NCBI GenBank assembly: GCA_048128005.1 | Contig: JBEUKZ010000123.1 | Location: forward strand, 1-64,000 | Direction: 5' to 3' | Origin: Veleropilina oligotropha | Lineage: Eukaryota | DNA length: 64,000 bases | Shown: piece by piece, positions 40,521 to 54,068 of the stretch | Layout: each line of letters begins with the position of its first letter | Position numbering within the stretch: position 1 is the stretch's first letter | The notes under the pieces: model-generated | Databases searched by the model: none | What the model was told of the DNA's origin: nothing | What the model saw: the letters and a program-made list of their open reading frames with translations, nothing else | Made by a program: the position numbers and the translations under genes

Positions 40521-42183
40521 ACTGGGAATACATAAAACTGTGAACAAAACCAGATTAAAAGAGACCATTCAACACCATTTCACTCAAGCTTACGACTAAA
40601 TTGATATAAATTCAACGTAGATCTTATATAATAATGTCAAGAAAAGTTTAATTCGTGACGCAGTGGAAACAAGACGTTTTCCGAAGATACAGATGCTTTA
40701 TGTAAGGCTTCTCAGATCATTAGGAGACATTTCTTTGACAAAGACTCTTCCCGGTTTTCAGGCTCTTCGGAAGACAACTAAGTCAATACATGCGAGTTTA
40801 AATTATATCATCTATATGCCGCTTTTTCTACAGAGTCATCATTCACACTCTTCACCAAGAAGCTTATTAGCTTACAATGCAATGCAAAGAAGAAGTACCA
40901 AATCAGATGCGCAACCAAAACAACATTGAAACGATAAACACCTCTGCCAATCTATACACATGCATCATCCTGCATGCAGAAACTCGGAACGAATGTATCA
41001 TATTGGTGTGTGTGTCGCATGACAGAGTAATGGAATTGGAAGAACACCTGACAGCTGCAATTCCCCAGTTTCTCTTGTCAAAAGATCCTTAACTGTGGGA
41101 CGACTTCATCATGTCGTGCACCATCCTAGTTCCTCTGATGCAACACCATCCTACCATGTAACACCGATAAGTCTGTTTAAATTTACAGATACCATAATAC
41201 AGAAGATGATAGACACCTCCTGAATAGAAATATGCTTTGCCAGAAAAGTATTCAGTGGTGTATTAAATACCTCACCAGTAGCGGTTGCACCATGTCAGAT
41301 GAGGCCATTACCGAGTGAGCCACTGCTGCCTTAGAACACGAGAGGGACTGAAAGCAGTAGACACGGAATCTACTGGAGAAAACTAACATTGCTTGCCATG
41401 TTGAACATATGATATATGGGGAGATTTGTGCGCTCACTGTGTCCCTTTCTCTTCTCGCAGTGATGAATAATTTCATGCAGTAAAGTTCCTCAATCCTGAG
41501 CAGAATCCTGTGATGGCAGATGACATCTACTGCTTGCTTTGGCGAAATGTACTCAGTGGATGATTCCGCGGAGATTCACAGAGAACATAAGTTGGCTATA
41601 TAGTTAGGAGGACTCCATACAGAGAATAAATTAGATATTTGTGTAAAGGAACTGCAATAACAGCAAGTGTAGTAACGCTAAAATGGGTTGCACAGGATAT
41701 ATGTAAATGTCAATGCAGTAAATTATAATATATGATAATTTCTTATAATCGAATGAAGGAAAACTACAAATTGGACAAGTGGATTTAAATTGTGATGCGA
41801 GTGTCCCAGCTATCACGTTTTTATAAATTATTAATATTATTTTTCAAGTTTTGATAATACCATACCTGAGTAAGTAATACGGTTATTATTATACCATACG
41901 TGAGTAAGTAACATTATTACGTGTATTGGTGAGACTTGATATTAGTCCAATGCTTTTAGAAGATGCGTATCAGTATTTTTGTCTAGACTAGTGAGTGTGA
42001 CTACTGAGGATATAACTCTTTTAATCATTTTATTGCCTACATGTAAAGGTTGGCTAGTTATATTTATCCAATATTGTTTCTTATTTAGTATTATTTCAAC
42101 AGTGAGAGATTTTTTTTATATAAAGATCAAATGCGGCATGTTCCTAGCAATCTGTGGGTAAGTGCCTAATCATAATTTAGCAG

Positions 42184-42226
<43 letters not shown>

Positions 42227-42731
42227 GCAAATGAATAAAAATTGCAGACTTAAGACATACTAGTATGTTCTGTCACGTTGAACAATTCATAAAGGCCACT
42301 TTACGCGAATATACATCACGAAGGTACCAGTATTGAGTCTAATAACGCATAAATGTACTATGGTGGCGGCCATTTTGAATTTTACCCATCCTTTGTCAGC
42401 AAAATATAGCACATGGATATATGCTTAAGACTTGCGCAACATACTAGTGTGTTCTACTACATTGAATAACTCATAAAAATGCACTTTACTCACATATATA
42501 CCATGACGATACCAAATTATAAGTCTAAAAACGCTTATAAACGTTATTTCGGTGGTGGCCATTTTGAATTTTCCCCATAATTCAACAACGGCAGCCATTT
42601 CAGAGTGGATCCGGGACTAAAATCTTTTAGTACCCCTAAAGATCTTATATACCAAATTTGGCGTTTTTGTCACTCGTGTAACGATTTTTTCGTTAAGCGA
42701 CCTGACTATAATATTATTAGCTTGCTGACAT

Positions 42732-42919
42732 CACAGTCCCTCTACGCTTCCGTATTACGGCGATACGTCATAAAATAAAATAAAGTATCGAAGTCGACAG
42801 GCAAATTCCCCACATATTGATTGCTATATAACATATATACAGCGATCAATGTGTTGGGCATTTGCCTGGCGATTTCGATATTTTTTATTTTATTTCTGAC
42901 GCATGGCCGAGGGACTGTG
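42732..42919. mobile_element. 188-bp palindromic MITE with 7-bp TSD (P-element-like termini)
   Basis: cacagtccctc...gagggactgtg, nearly fully self-complementary; ctgacat at 42725-42731 and 42920-42926. Confidence 0.75.
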
Positions 42920-43047
42920 CTGACATTGTCACATAGGGCCTACCCGGTACATGTTATTGTACATATGAAGCAAATAAAGCCAACTAATGCAAATGGATGA
43001 ATAACTTCGTATTATAATCACATGCACTTTTCTCTACATTAACTATA

Positions 43048-43312
43048 CTAGCTATGGTACCCGTCTTCGCCGGGCAAGTCCCCCCACCCCAATTTTTTTT
43101 TTTTTTTTTTTTGGATAGTGCTCCCTTAAATGTTTTGTTTTTTTCCCGAATTTTCCGAATTTTTTTCGTGGTAAACCTTCCTTGGGGGACCCCGATTAAC
43201 CCCCCAAAGTTTGAAGGTCCTAGGTCAAAGCGTCTGGGAGGAGTTCAACTTGAAACAGACACGCACGCACGCACGCACGCACACATACAATTATAGCTCC
43301 ATTATATTAAGA
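43048..43312 (-). mobile_element. Non-autonomous Helitron, copy 1
   Basis: Minus strand 5'-TC ... hairpin cccggcgaagacggg ... CTAG-3', inserted between A and T; internal (ACGC)n microsatellite. Confidence 0.85.
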
Positions 43313-43519
43313 TCATCGTGATTGAAAAAATCTGACATTTTTAAATATATTTTGGTTTACGAAGAATATTTGACAGACTAGATTATTAAATAGATTAAAT
43401 AGAATTTGTTTGTGTTTAGAAAGCGCATTAATTACTGCCACTCATATAAAAGATGAAAGGATTCTGCAGTGAGACAGTGTAACTGTTCTCAACGGGGTGA
43501 TATTTCAATGTGAGAAGTG

Positions 43520-46134
43520 TAGTCAGGCGGCATTTGTCAATATTAGGGGGTTACTTTAAATTATGCGCCAAAAGCAATATTATTGTTTACTAGCAATGGT
43601 ACCCGTCTTCGCCGGGTAAGTCCCCCCACCCCAATTTTTTTTTTTTTTTTTTTTGGATAGTGCTCCCTTAAATTTTTTTTTTTTCCCGAATTTTCCGAAT
43701 TTTTTTCGTGGTAAACCTTCCTTGGGGGACCCCGATTAACCCCCCAAAGTTTGAAGGTCCTAGGTCAAAGCGTCTGGGAGGAGTTCAACTTGAAACAGAC
43801 ACACACATAAAATTATAGCTCCATTATATGAAGATATATAGTAAATTTTTTTTTGTTTCCCGAATTTTCCGAATTTTTTTCGTGGTAAACCTTCCTTGGG
43901 GGACCCCGATTAACCCCCCAAAGTTTGAAGGTCCTAGGTCAAAGCGTCTGGGAGGAGTTCAACTTGAAACAGACAGACAGACCCGCCCGCATACAATTAT
44001 AGCTCCATTATATTAAGATTATCATAGTTTAGATATTACGTAAGTGATTTCTGTTTGTTGCCAAGATCGCACATTCCCATTTCACCTTGTGAAATCCAAG
44101 ATGGCCGCCATGGGATGATGGAAATATAATAATGCTCATATCTTTGCATCTAGGCATGACAAAAATAGGAATGATTGGATTCCATTTTTGTGTGAAGCAT
44201 GACTAATAAACTTTAATCAGCTATAAACGTATACACTAGCACAGTCAACAGTCCTGGTTGCAGTTGATTATTTTGTGTGAGAAACTATCTGATAAATTTC
44301 GTATATATATATCATTTTCGTGATAGTGTATTGGTGTTGTGTTCAATGTCCTCCTGTTCTGAGTGGTCTGCTTTAGCGTTCCTTGTAGATACTGGTCGAT
44401 GAGTATCTTCTTTCATCATCAAGGATCAATCATACCACCAATAATTTGCAGGAATTTGTAAGCAAAGTGCTTAGCTGTTGTCGTATCAGGAATTTTGACT
44501 ACTATGTTGACGACACACTTTGCATCATTGTTCATGGTTAGTGATATCCAAAGTAGGCCAGAATTTGTGTCGAAATATGCTATTGGATACTTCGAATTGA
44601 ACGTGGCATCACTAAAGTCATCATTATCGATGCAATGTCATTCACATACACTAACAGGAAAGTTAACTCAAATTTGGGCGCAAGAGAGCCAAGGCACTTC
44701 TGGGATGATACGCTTTTAAAGGTTCCGACAACATCGGCTTATTCGCCCGTAAAGCAGTGGCTCTCCACTTCAAAGCATTTCTGCAGGCTGATGATGAGAT
44801 GCTTGATGCGTTTGCCAACTAAGGTACTATCTCTGCAATCCAATTTGTATGCATCGACAAATGAAGAAATATATATTCCTACTTTACAAGATAAGGGATA
44901 TAGCAGCTGACGAAGTTCCTGAACTAATGGTGGATGCTCTTTGCTCAGAAGAGTAAAGAATGTCAACAGCGTCTTCAAACCTTAGGAATATTGATTTTAA
45001 AAACAACAAGAGCTAGGGTGGATGCCTGTGGATAACCAAATAGTTATGCAGGACAATCATTCACTTAACAAAAATTATATGTTAAGGAACGTTTATTTAG
45101 TATTAAATTTTAAATTTTATAAACACAGGATGCCCCACGCACAAGAAAATTTTGACAATGAACGGTGTGAAATCCCCCTCTTGCATTATTACATTGCAAA
45201 AGCTATAATAGTAATACAATTCAACTTTAGTAATTTGGGGTAGACCTATTTATAATGTTCTGAAAGTCATTTGTATCAGATTATACATATTATTTTTAGC
45301 ATGCTTGACCAGCTTTAGGGGGGGAGGGGGTGGGGGGTGGGGTGCGGGCCCCCCCCATGGCATTGGCATATTCATTGGTGTTTCATACCAATTCATTATT
45401 AATTTTAGCTTAGTTGGGAGAACATACATGACAATAAGTGAAATATTCACTTGTTTGGTGGCCATCTTGGATTTTTATGACTCAATGTCATTTTAGTGAA
45501 TGAATAATGCTGGCATTAGATTGCTTGGGTCTATAAACATACAAAAGCATATTTAAATAATGTTATTATGATCATTGATTACAAAGATTAAAGCTAAAGT
45601 AAATAGTCATGATTCTGTGGTGGCCATCGTGGATTTTCAACTTTAATGGATGAAATGTGACTATATAGTTATGGATCCGGTCACCAGGCAAAAATCACTT
45701 CAGTAAATAAAAGTTAAAAGAATCAATCATAAATTTGGTTTTGGCGCGAATCTTATATCATAAAACAAATGCATGGGAATAGGTTATAAGATTATATATG
45801 TTTTGGCCGACATCTTGGATTTCCATTGCTCATGATCATTTTTTCGGATGCAACAAATGTGGCATTTGATTCCCGGTGTCTGAAACTATACAAAATCACA
45901 TTTAGTTCGTGTTTTGGACATACCTGGGGCGCGTTGCTTTCATTAAACCAGGTTTCAAAGATATGAGCATTAATTAATATATTTTCATGATCCCATGGCG
46001 GCCATCTTGTATTTTCCATTTTCCCACCTTGAAATGGGACTGTGCGATCTTGGCAACAAGCAGAAATCACATAAGGAATATCTAAAATGCTTTTGGCACA
46101 AAATCTAAAGTAGAAACCAAATGTTACTTGACTA
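43520..46134. mobile_element. Second Academ-like TIR element (non-autonomous/degenerate)
   Basis: Ends tagtcagg / cttgacta; long inverted arms gtgatttctgtttgttgccaagatcgcaca...caagatggccgccatggga (44044-44145) vs 45957-46071; gccaaaagca / tgcttttggc. Confidence 0.65.
43590..44018 (-). mobile_element. Non-autonomous Helitron copies 2 (43590-43834) and 3 (3'-truncated, ~43843-44018)
   Basis: Near-identical to 43048-43312; inserted inside the left TIR of the 43520-46134 element. Confidence 0.85.
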
Positions 46135-46751
46135 TATATATATATATAGTGGTGGTAGTCTGAAGATACAGATGAAGCATTCATTCTGGATTATCGGATC
46201 TGCGAACATTATTTACCTAACACCATTGAAACGAGCTATGCAGCCGAAGCAATATCGGTAACCGTAATAATTATTATGATAGTGCTCAACAACAGTGATG
46301 AGTTCCAACTCATTCAGTCTAGATAAATACACAAGAACAACATTCATGCCAAGTATTAAACAGACCGATGGTGTCATCTTAAATGTTTATTGAATGTTCC
46401 ATTTGCGAATGCCGCATATGAAATTGTGCGTCGTCTGCAATTCTTCCGATTTTGAATTAGTTTGCTAATTAATTTCATAAACTATATATCTATACGCGAA
46501 TAAAGTACGCTTTTATTCGAGTAAAATTTTCACACATTTATTAGGTAGCATTATGTAAAAGCAATGAATCATTTATTACACATTCATATAGAAAGATCTA
46601 CGTTATAATTATAAATTGACCGTGCACTAACTTCTGACGCGGACTATCTTATGAGTTATGAGGCCTCGCGGTGAACTTGACCACCTCGAATGAAGTGCAG
46701 TTTACTATAGACTGTCATGTTGATATGGCAAGAAGCCGCGGTGTGGTAGAC

Positions 46752-46915
46752 ATGGCTTGGCGGTGCTGGTTGGCTGTGCTGTGTTTAATATCTGCACTAA
46801 ACGTTTGCGAAGCATGCCCTGGTCGCTGTCTGTGCTTTAGGACCACCGTACGGTGCATGTTTCTGCAGCTGGAACATATACCGCGGACGGGACTTCCACC
46901 CGAAACAACAATTTT
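46752..46915 (+). CDS. PXDN: Peroxidasin exon 1 (signal peptide + LRR N-terminal cap); an in-frame upstream ATG at 46725 is possible; later exons not found in the window
   Basis: MAWRCWLAVLCLISALNVCEA-CPGRCLCFRTTVRCMFLQLEHIP...ETTIL matches peroxidasin CPSRCLCFRTTVRCMHL...TSIL; phase-2 donor TT|gtaagt. Confidence 0.9.
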
Positions 46916-48497
46916 GTAAGTATAAACTCGCCACCAACTTTCGCTAAGCTTTGTTTTGGTGTGCGGACTACCACGCGCGCTACACGCAAAAAGATCTCAC
47001 CGGTCACAGAAGGTAGCACTTCGACGATTGCACAATGACACACAAATGTGCATGGATGAAATGTCAAAAGTTGTAATAATTTAATTTATACGAACAGGTG
47101 GTTTTTGCCACTGATTTTCATTTGTAATGAGATTGAAGACATTTTCCTGCTACTATAGGCTATAGCTAGTATAGGCAGTAACTTGCAGTGAGGTACAACC
47201 ATTTTTCAGGTTAGGGGAATCATGGGGTACCCATCAAGGGCACCTTAAATGCCCCACAATGGTGAAATTATTGATGTTGCTAATTTATATTCTAAGTATG
47301 ATGCATTCAGGGGCACTTTGCATTTATAACTAGTTTTATATAGGCTAAAGGTAATTTTGAGCCTACTTTGTGCGTATGTATTTGTGATTGGTGTGGGGGT
47401 CGAGGGTTATTTTACAAATTGGAAATTGAAGGAAGTCTAATTATACTATCTAATAGCAGCGTGGGGGTGTAATCTGAGATTGCTAATGTGCCATTTCTTC
47501 CGCGATTTATGAGTTATTCTCGCAACCCTTACCTATCGGAAAATGTTAATGAATTTCAAAATATATAAATTTGGTTATGGTTGGGTGGGTTACGTAGTAA
47601 AATTGCATCAAGTATAACTAATTTTTTTACAAGTAGCTTTCGGGTGTTCATTAGCACGCGCATGTTCGAAGATTGAGGATATTTGAGCAAAGACGCTCTT
47701 GAAATATACTACTCAAAATTTGAAAAGCATCAAATGTCAATGGAATTGAAGTATAATATATGAATGTTGTGTTGAAAATAACGTATATTATTGTTAAAAC
47801 AGAATCATCCTCATTATATTCTGTGTTTTCCAGACATCTAAAGTTGTCAAATATCTTCTGGGTTGACCTGAATGCGTGATCACCTCAATTTACATTATTT
47901 TCATGGTATGGCATTTATTGAAAATCATCATATGATGCTTTTCAAATTGTGAGTAGTATATAATATGCAGCTGAATATATGACCAGGGATTACAAAGTTG
48001 ACGGGGACAGGAGAATCACCAGGACTTTGGAGGGCCTTAGGGGATCGAACTATACTATCAAAGATTTGCGTGGGGCCTCGACCACCATGCAGAAGAAAAT
48101 TTGACAAGTAACTGTGTGAAACCCCCTCTCCTGTATTCTGAGGGTGTAATTGTGATATTTCTTAAAAGGTGTAGGCATGTAATAGCCTCATGCCAATCTG
48201 CTCTACAAAAATTATATACTCCCTAGAATGGTGACTGTCGGTAGATGCAGGGTTTGTACTACTCCACCAACGTTAGAGGCTGCTACTTCCCGTGGTATGA
48301 AAGTCATGTCAATCCGGTCTCATGTTATAGGAGTAGGTATTGTACGTGTGGTGTAAACTATGAAATACCCCCGCTATTTTATAAAAATCACAATAATGAA
48401 TTGCATTAGGGTGGGCATGGTTGATCGCGAGCAGACTTTGATCGATAATTATGATGTATTTTGATCTAAAACGATCGAACAGTCAGAGTCACTTCTG

Positions 48498-49564
48498 AAG
48501 CCGACTCGATTTGCACTCTTACAGAAGAGGAAGACACTTTTAGAATGTGCCATTCTATGTGTACAAATCATGTGCACGGAAGACTTTCAATATGGCGGAC
48601 ATCGACAGGCTTCTCATTGTGGTGGCAGGATCAATTAGCATTCTTCCAGATTTAAATCAAGATGTTGAGAGTAGACCTAGTTGTTCATCGTTCCTTGATA
48701 AAGAACTAATTGCCGCTTTATGCGCAGCTGTGTATACATGTATTTTATTTTGGATAATAATAGCAAAAATCATTATTTATTCACAGAGCGAGTGTGTAGC
48801 AAATCATGCTTGGATCAAATGATGCCATGTTATTACTAGTTATATATCAAGATATTCATTGAAATTGTACTTTCCATATATACGCAAGAAATGAAGGATA
48901 TGTTAACAGAACCTGTCCTAGTTTATTTTTGTAAAATTGTATTCCAATATTAATTTATAGACCAGTGAAATTTCCTTTATGTTTTGCTATTAACATTACC
49001 CCTATACTGTAAGGATGTATGTGATTGAATAATACTAAACAGTTTGGGTATGTCATGTCATAAATTATTAATGTGGTTCGAATCCCGGCCTGGTCATACT
49101 GAAAATTAAAAATGTGGCAAATTTTTTACATATACTTGGTGGTATGGGATAGCACTTAAGTCAACAACAGTGTGAATTCCTTTATAACTTGATAAATATC
49201 CGCTTTTATATCAAGTCGGAATTCGCTTCATGAGCAAATTGATGGATTTTCCCCAAAATATGTGGGGAATAAATGGTCTTTTTCACATAACAGACACTTT
49301 TCCAAGTATTTATTGTTTGATTGACCATTTATTCGCTATAATTCAAATAATGAAGCGACACTTCCACGAGAAATGAAATGCGGAAAAAGTATAAAAATGT
49401 ATGCCGCATTCATTGCACTTCAACAAGGTGTCCGCCATGTTGGAATGAAAATCTTCCGTCTCTGGCGCGGAAGGCTCAGAAGACCTTCCGGAAGTAGAAG
49501 TGCTACTAATCGCGTGGAAGGAATAAGACTTCCAAAAGAGGAAGAGTGCAAATCGAGTCGGCTT
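48498..49564. mobile_element. MITE with perfect 23-bp TIR (possibly Harbinger-type), containing a SINE fragment at ~49070
   Basis: aagccgactcgatttgcactctt / aagagtgcaaatcgagtcggctt; sub-terminal atggcggaca / tgtccgccat. No clean TSD. Confidence 0.7.
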
Positions 49565-49604
49565 GTGGGGATAAGGAACACCTACAAACTATGAAGTCTG
49601 ATAT

Positions 49605-50492
49605 ATAGAGGATCTCATATGAGTGGTAATGTAATATCACATTTATGAAACGAGTTTAACTAATTTTCATATTTTCCGAGGCTTGCCGAGGAAAATATGA
49701 AAATTAGTTAAACGAGTTTCATAAATGTGATATTACATTACCACGAGTGTGAGGTTCTGTTTATCACATATCGCTCTTCGGTAAGAAACAAACTACAAAC
49801 TCACGAAATTGCCTCACCGGTACGAAGAATCAGCGACATTACGGCGTAGTGATATGTAAACAGTTTAATGCAAAAAGGACATCGTTTTTACTCATTACAT
49901 AAATTAGTAAAAATGCGGTCTGAAAAGAGTGCGAAAGTAGTAGATTAATTAAGTTAACTAATAAATATTCTTTGAAAATGAACCGATATAACTTTATATA
50001 AACTATATGAACATATTAGAATAACAATTTTCATTAGGATTTAAAACTATCTGCCAAAAACAGTAACGCGGGATATGTGTCGCTGACCGGTTAGAATCTG
50101 TCATTGACGTCTGCTATCGCGGAGAAGCTATGTATACGTACCTCGGGTCCTGCATATATATATATGTGATTGTCGCGTCCGCAATCTCGTTGCCTCAAAA
50201 TCAGTTCCAATAATCTCTAACATGTTGTTGTTTTGTGGCCGTTGCTATAAATGTTTCCACTATCACCGCCATGTTGTCAACATTACAAATATTGGCGGCA
50301 ATCTCATTAAACAAAACGTAGTAAAAACAAGAAGTCCGCTCGACCTTTAGTGACACGCATTGCTATTGGCTGTTCTAATTTCATTCATTAATTCATCCAA
50401 TCGCATTTGGATATAGAGTAGACACACGTTGATTACCACGAATAATACACGGTGTTGCACTATGGGAGAATGACCTAGATATGTGATAAATA
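49605..50492 (+). mobile_element. Long-hairpin non-autonomous DNA element (Crypton-like), copy 2
   Basis: Reverse complement of 6427-7302; terminal hairpin 49623-49744 with loop ccgaggcttgccgagg. Confidence 0.8.
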
Positions 50493-51782
50493 GGCCTATT
50501 TTGAGTCTGTCTAAGGGCACCAATAAAATATTGGGGGAAAAAATACCCCTTATTTTATAACAAACTATGAACTCGCTAATATAATTTTAGTGCAAATCTA
50601 AGGGCACTTGCGAGTTTAATGGCACCCCCTCCCCAGCTTCTATGCCACTGTATCATGTTGGACAAATTCATTCATTTTGCTTTGTGCATTACTCAAGTTT
50701 GAATAATTTTCATGAATGCATGTCCGTGAGACAATCATAGGACAAATTTATTAACTCATAGGGAAGTTTCGTTTTAAGAACATTGGAGGCACATTCTATA
50801 ATATAGCTGATCATCCAGAGCAACTATGTGCACTCTCTGCTAGTGCTTTCAAGAATGATGTCATTAATGATAATTTGTGTCTATTTATTTGTGATGTGGT
50901 GTGTACTTGTTGCAAAGAACAGTTATCGATAGGGGTGTAATATCCAGCCATCTAATCATGTGTAGGCACCATGGTTGAAAATACATTATTTTCCTCCGTG
51001 TGCGGTGCGGGGAATAACGAGGAAAATTTTGACAATTAACGTGTGATAGTACAAATGTGTACATTCTGTATATAATAGAAAAGATGTCAGAACGCATACA
51101 TAATTTTAAGATATTACAGCAGCCCCCACCCCTCAACACACACAACTTAAAAAATAGACATTCACTGGTTTGTCAGTTCTAGTATATAACGAGGTAGTTT
51201 GTTGGTGGCCTTGTAGAGCAGGAATTAATTCTGTACTTCAGGATCCATCATGTTTTCATGTATCTATGTGTACTTATCGTAATTATGGCTCGTATTATAA
51301 TATGATAATATCACGAGTTCGCATTTCTGTAATATCGATATTATTTGGTTAGGATTATAAGCGTTAAACGCGCAAGGAGAGTGTACCACCCTGACTTTGC
51401 CTACTTTTATTTGACAGATAAATGCATCATAAATGCATTCACGGAGAGCTATCAGCCAACAATAAAGGACAAACACTACTTCTAACAAAAGAACCTTTTA
51501 AATCTCACCTGAGTCTCTGTCTGCAATCTTAATTAAATCTTAACACAAAGTCATTTAGCAAGGTTTATCATAGCCATACTTACTCCATTAAACAGTTTGT
51601 ACAGTTCTTTTCGTGACGGTGTGATTGTCTACAGCATGTTATCAATGTCATAAATCTATGTTCACCTTTGCTTGAATTATAGACATAATATGTTGAGTAT
51701 AGTGCTCTCTTTTTAACATGCTTCACAATCATATCAGTACATGTCCATATTATCGTTGAACGAAAGGTGGGCACACTGTGAC

Positions 51783-51937
51783 TTTTTATGCCCCCCACCA
51801 ATTTATTGGGGAGGCATTTAGATTTACCCTTGTCCATCCGTCCCTTCCCGAAAACCAGTATTTGCGTGCAAATAACTCCATTCTGCTACAGTATTACAAT
51901 GGGGGGCATTTATGTCCCATGGACTCATTTCTTGTTT
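51783..51937 (+). mobile_element. Short HINE inserted among SINE family A fragments
   Basis: ttttatgcccccc...ggggaggcat 5' hairpin, (gtcc)n, 3' ggggggcat...cttgtt. Confidence 0.55.
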
Positions 51938-52194
51938 TAATTTAATCACAGGATTCTTTTGTTTCTTTTAATTCGATGTTTAATATCCCATTTTATCTCT
52001 ATTCAGGAGGAAAAGCCTGGCCACCTTGGGAAATTCCTGTACCGAAATGTTATGAACAACAGTGATTGTTAACTGCAGAAAGTGTCCAGCCTGGGATTTT
52101 GAAACAACTCCCGTGAAACATCAATTTGACGATTGAATTGGAATCCACTTTCTTATCCATGCAACTATAACCGGATGGTTTCGGGTACCATGTG

Positions 52195-52989
52195 CAGGCC
52201 TGCACAAATTGCGTCAACCATCGTTCGGCTCGCCTGAAGCTCACGCAAATGCAATGTTGCGTAACCCAATTTTTTTTTTTGGCAGACTATTCATGTGATG
52301 CAAAAGATCGCTGTCTGTAGATTTCGACCCCAAGTTTTACATACTTTTAGTTTAATATAAAGAAGTTAGAAATACACCAGTATTGTAAATTTATTGTCTG
52401 TTCTGTGTTCACCTGTTACCACTGTTCTTTGTTGAATGCCTCCTTGCAGTCATCACTGTTTTAATTGTAATTGAATCAATATGAAATACATTTGTTTTTG
52501 GAACACCGTCTCTCTGTGCCAGGTTTATAAATGACACCACTATTAATGAAACAAATGACTCATATTTCCAAGTTAAAACTAACAATCTCGGTCTTCTTCA
52601 TAACTAACCATTCAAAGACGATGGACAATGTTTTATTGCTGAAATTTGTTGATGTGGTCACTAAACAGAAGTTAATCGTTCATCTGCCATAAGGAAATAC
52701 GAAATATAGGGTATTCGTTGTAAATATGCACGTACTTGACGCCCATGGTCAGAATATTGTAGAACAAAATGTTGTGTGGTAAAATGGCTGTTGTGTTGTG
52801 TTGACCGCTTTGGTTTACCAGAATCATGGGACAAGAAACAAGGAAGCAATTTAACACAGCCTAAAGTATTATTAATGAATTGAAGAAGTTTCACATAAAA
52901 AAGGGTTAGCCCCCAAAAATGGGTTACGGAACTACTATTTGGCGTAACCCATAAACGGGTTGCGCAAAAATTCAATATGTGCAGGCCTG
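52195..52989. mobile_element. TIR element (caggcctgcaca) carrying a 5'-truncated copy (~52280-52863) of the 59758-60477 MITE
   Basis: caggcctgcaca / tgtgcaggcctg; ATGTG on both flanks; inner gcgtaaccc repeats. Confidence 0.6.
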
Positions 52990-53951
52990 ATGTGTCCAGC
53001 TTGTCCAGTGAGGTTATTCTCTCTAAAGAATTAAAATTACATTTCCCAAACTGCAAAACGGTGACACAACCAACAGTATTACTATTATTCAAACGATGTC
53101 ACTTAATTAAGTTAACATGAATTAGATGGTTAATAATCATGAGTGTGACGTGTCTATTGTACGAATTTAATAAAATAAAATTTGTTTTAATTTCGATGTT
53201 TAATTTAATAAATGTATATGTGTGCATGTATAGCGGAGATATACATAATATACACACATATATATGTTTACATTAAGTACAAGATAACTACTTGAAACCA
53301 GGCATGATTTTCTTATCACAGTCTGTTTGATTTTCCTGACCCCTGTCTTTCTGTAAAGGAGATGTGTCAATAATGTTCTGTTTAGACTTCTTTAAATGCT
53401 GTGTTTGGCCACATGTTTAAGTGGTATGTAAGTTTGGGAGGTCTAATATCTAGTTTGCCTGTTGTATCAGCCAGCTGGCTGAAGCAATGTTGATCTATAG
53501 TCTTGAGCCCATGAGTGTGTTTGCCAAAATATAGGTTGACCAATACAGGACCAGTGGTATGTTGATAAGTGTAATCATCCAGGTTTCCACTTCAGACAAT
53601 TAACACAAACCACAACCAGCCTACTAGTGCTCAGACAAAAACTACAGGCTTGACCCAGACTACAATTCATTTTAATAGAGAACAGATCGCCAATAACTAA
53701 TGTAGATGTTATGAAATGTGTATTTATAATGAGTTAAGTAGGCCACAAAGGCTGAATATGTAGACAATGAAACAGAGTAGTCTGGCAATTTGATCATGAC
53801 CAATTATGTATTTCATATGTGGCGACTCTGGCGAGTCAGTTAATTTTGTTGATTGAACTGATAATATTCATTAGCGAGTTAAATGTTTTGTCCTGAAAGT
53901 GTTATGCTGTTATCATATTATATGAAACTCAGAACTTTATTCCATATGTAA

Positions 53952-54068
53952 TGGATAAACAACGAGATGGTGTTGGATCTTTCAGAGAAACCACTCTTGT
54001 CGAGGGCCGTGAGGCCCAAGACAGGGTGGTTTCTCTGAAAGATCCAATACCATCTCGTTGTTTATCCA
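53952..54068. repeat. ~50-bp-arm hairpin with asymmetric loop
   Basis: tggataaacaacgagatggtgttggatctttcagagaaaccac / gtggtttctctgaaagatccaataccatctcgttgtttatcca; loop gagggccgtgaggccc. Confidence 0.85.

Larger units (their letters stand above)
38953..42708 (+). mobile_element. Academ-like DNA transposon (degenerate), transposase remnant ~40660-41630
   Basis: TIRs tagtcagttcgcttagcg...atcgttacagagatgacaaaa / tttttgtcactcgtgtaacgat...cgttaagcgacctgacta. Remnant motifs EDTDALCKASQII, ILHAETR, GVCVSHDRVMELE, HHPSSSDATPSYHVTPISLF, AVKFLNPEQNPV, LALAKCTQW, LGGLHTE. Sub-terminal ggcggccattttg repeats. Confidence 0.65.
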
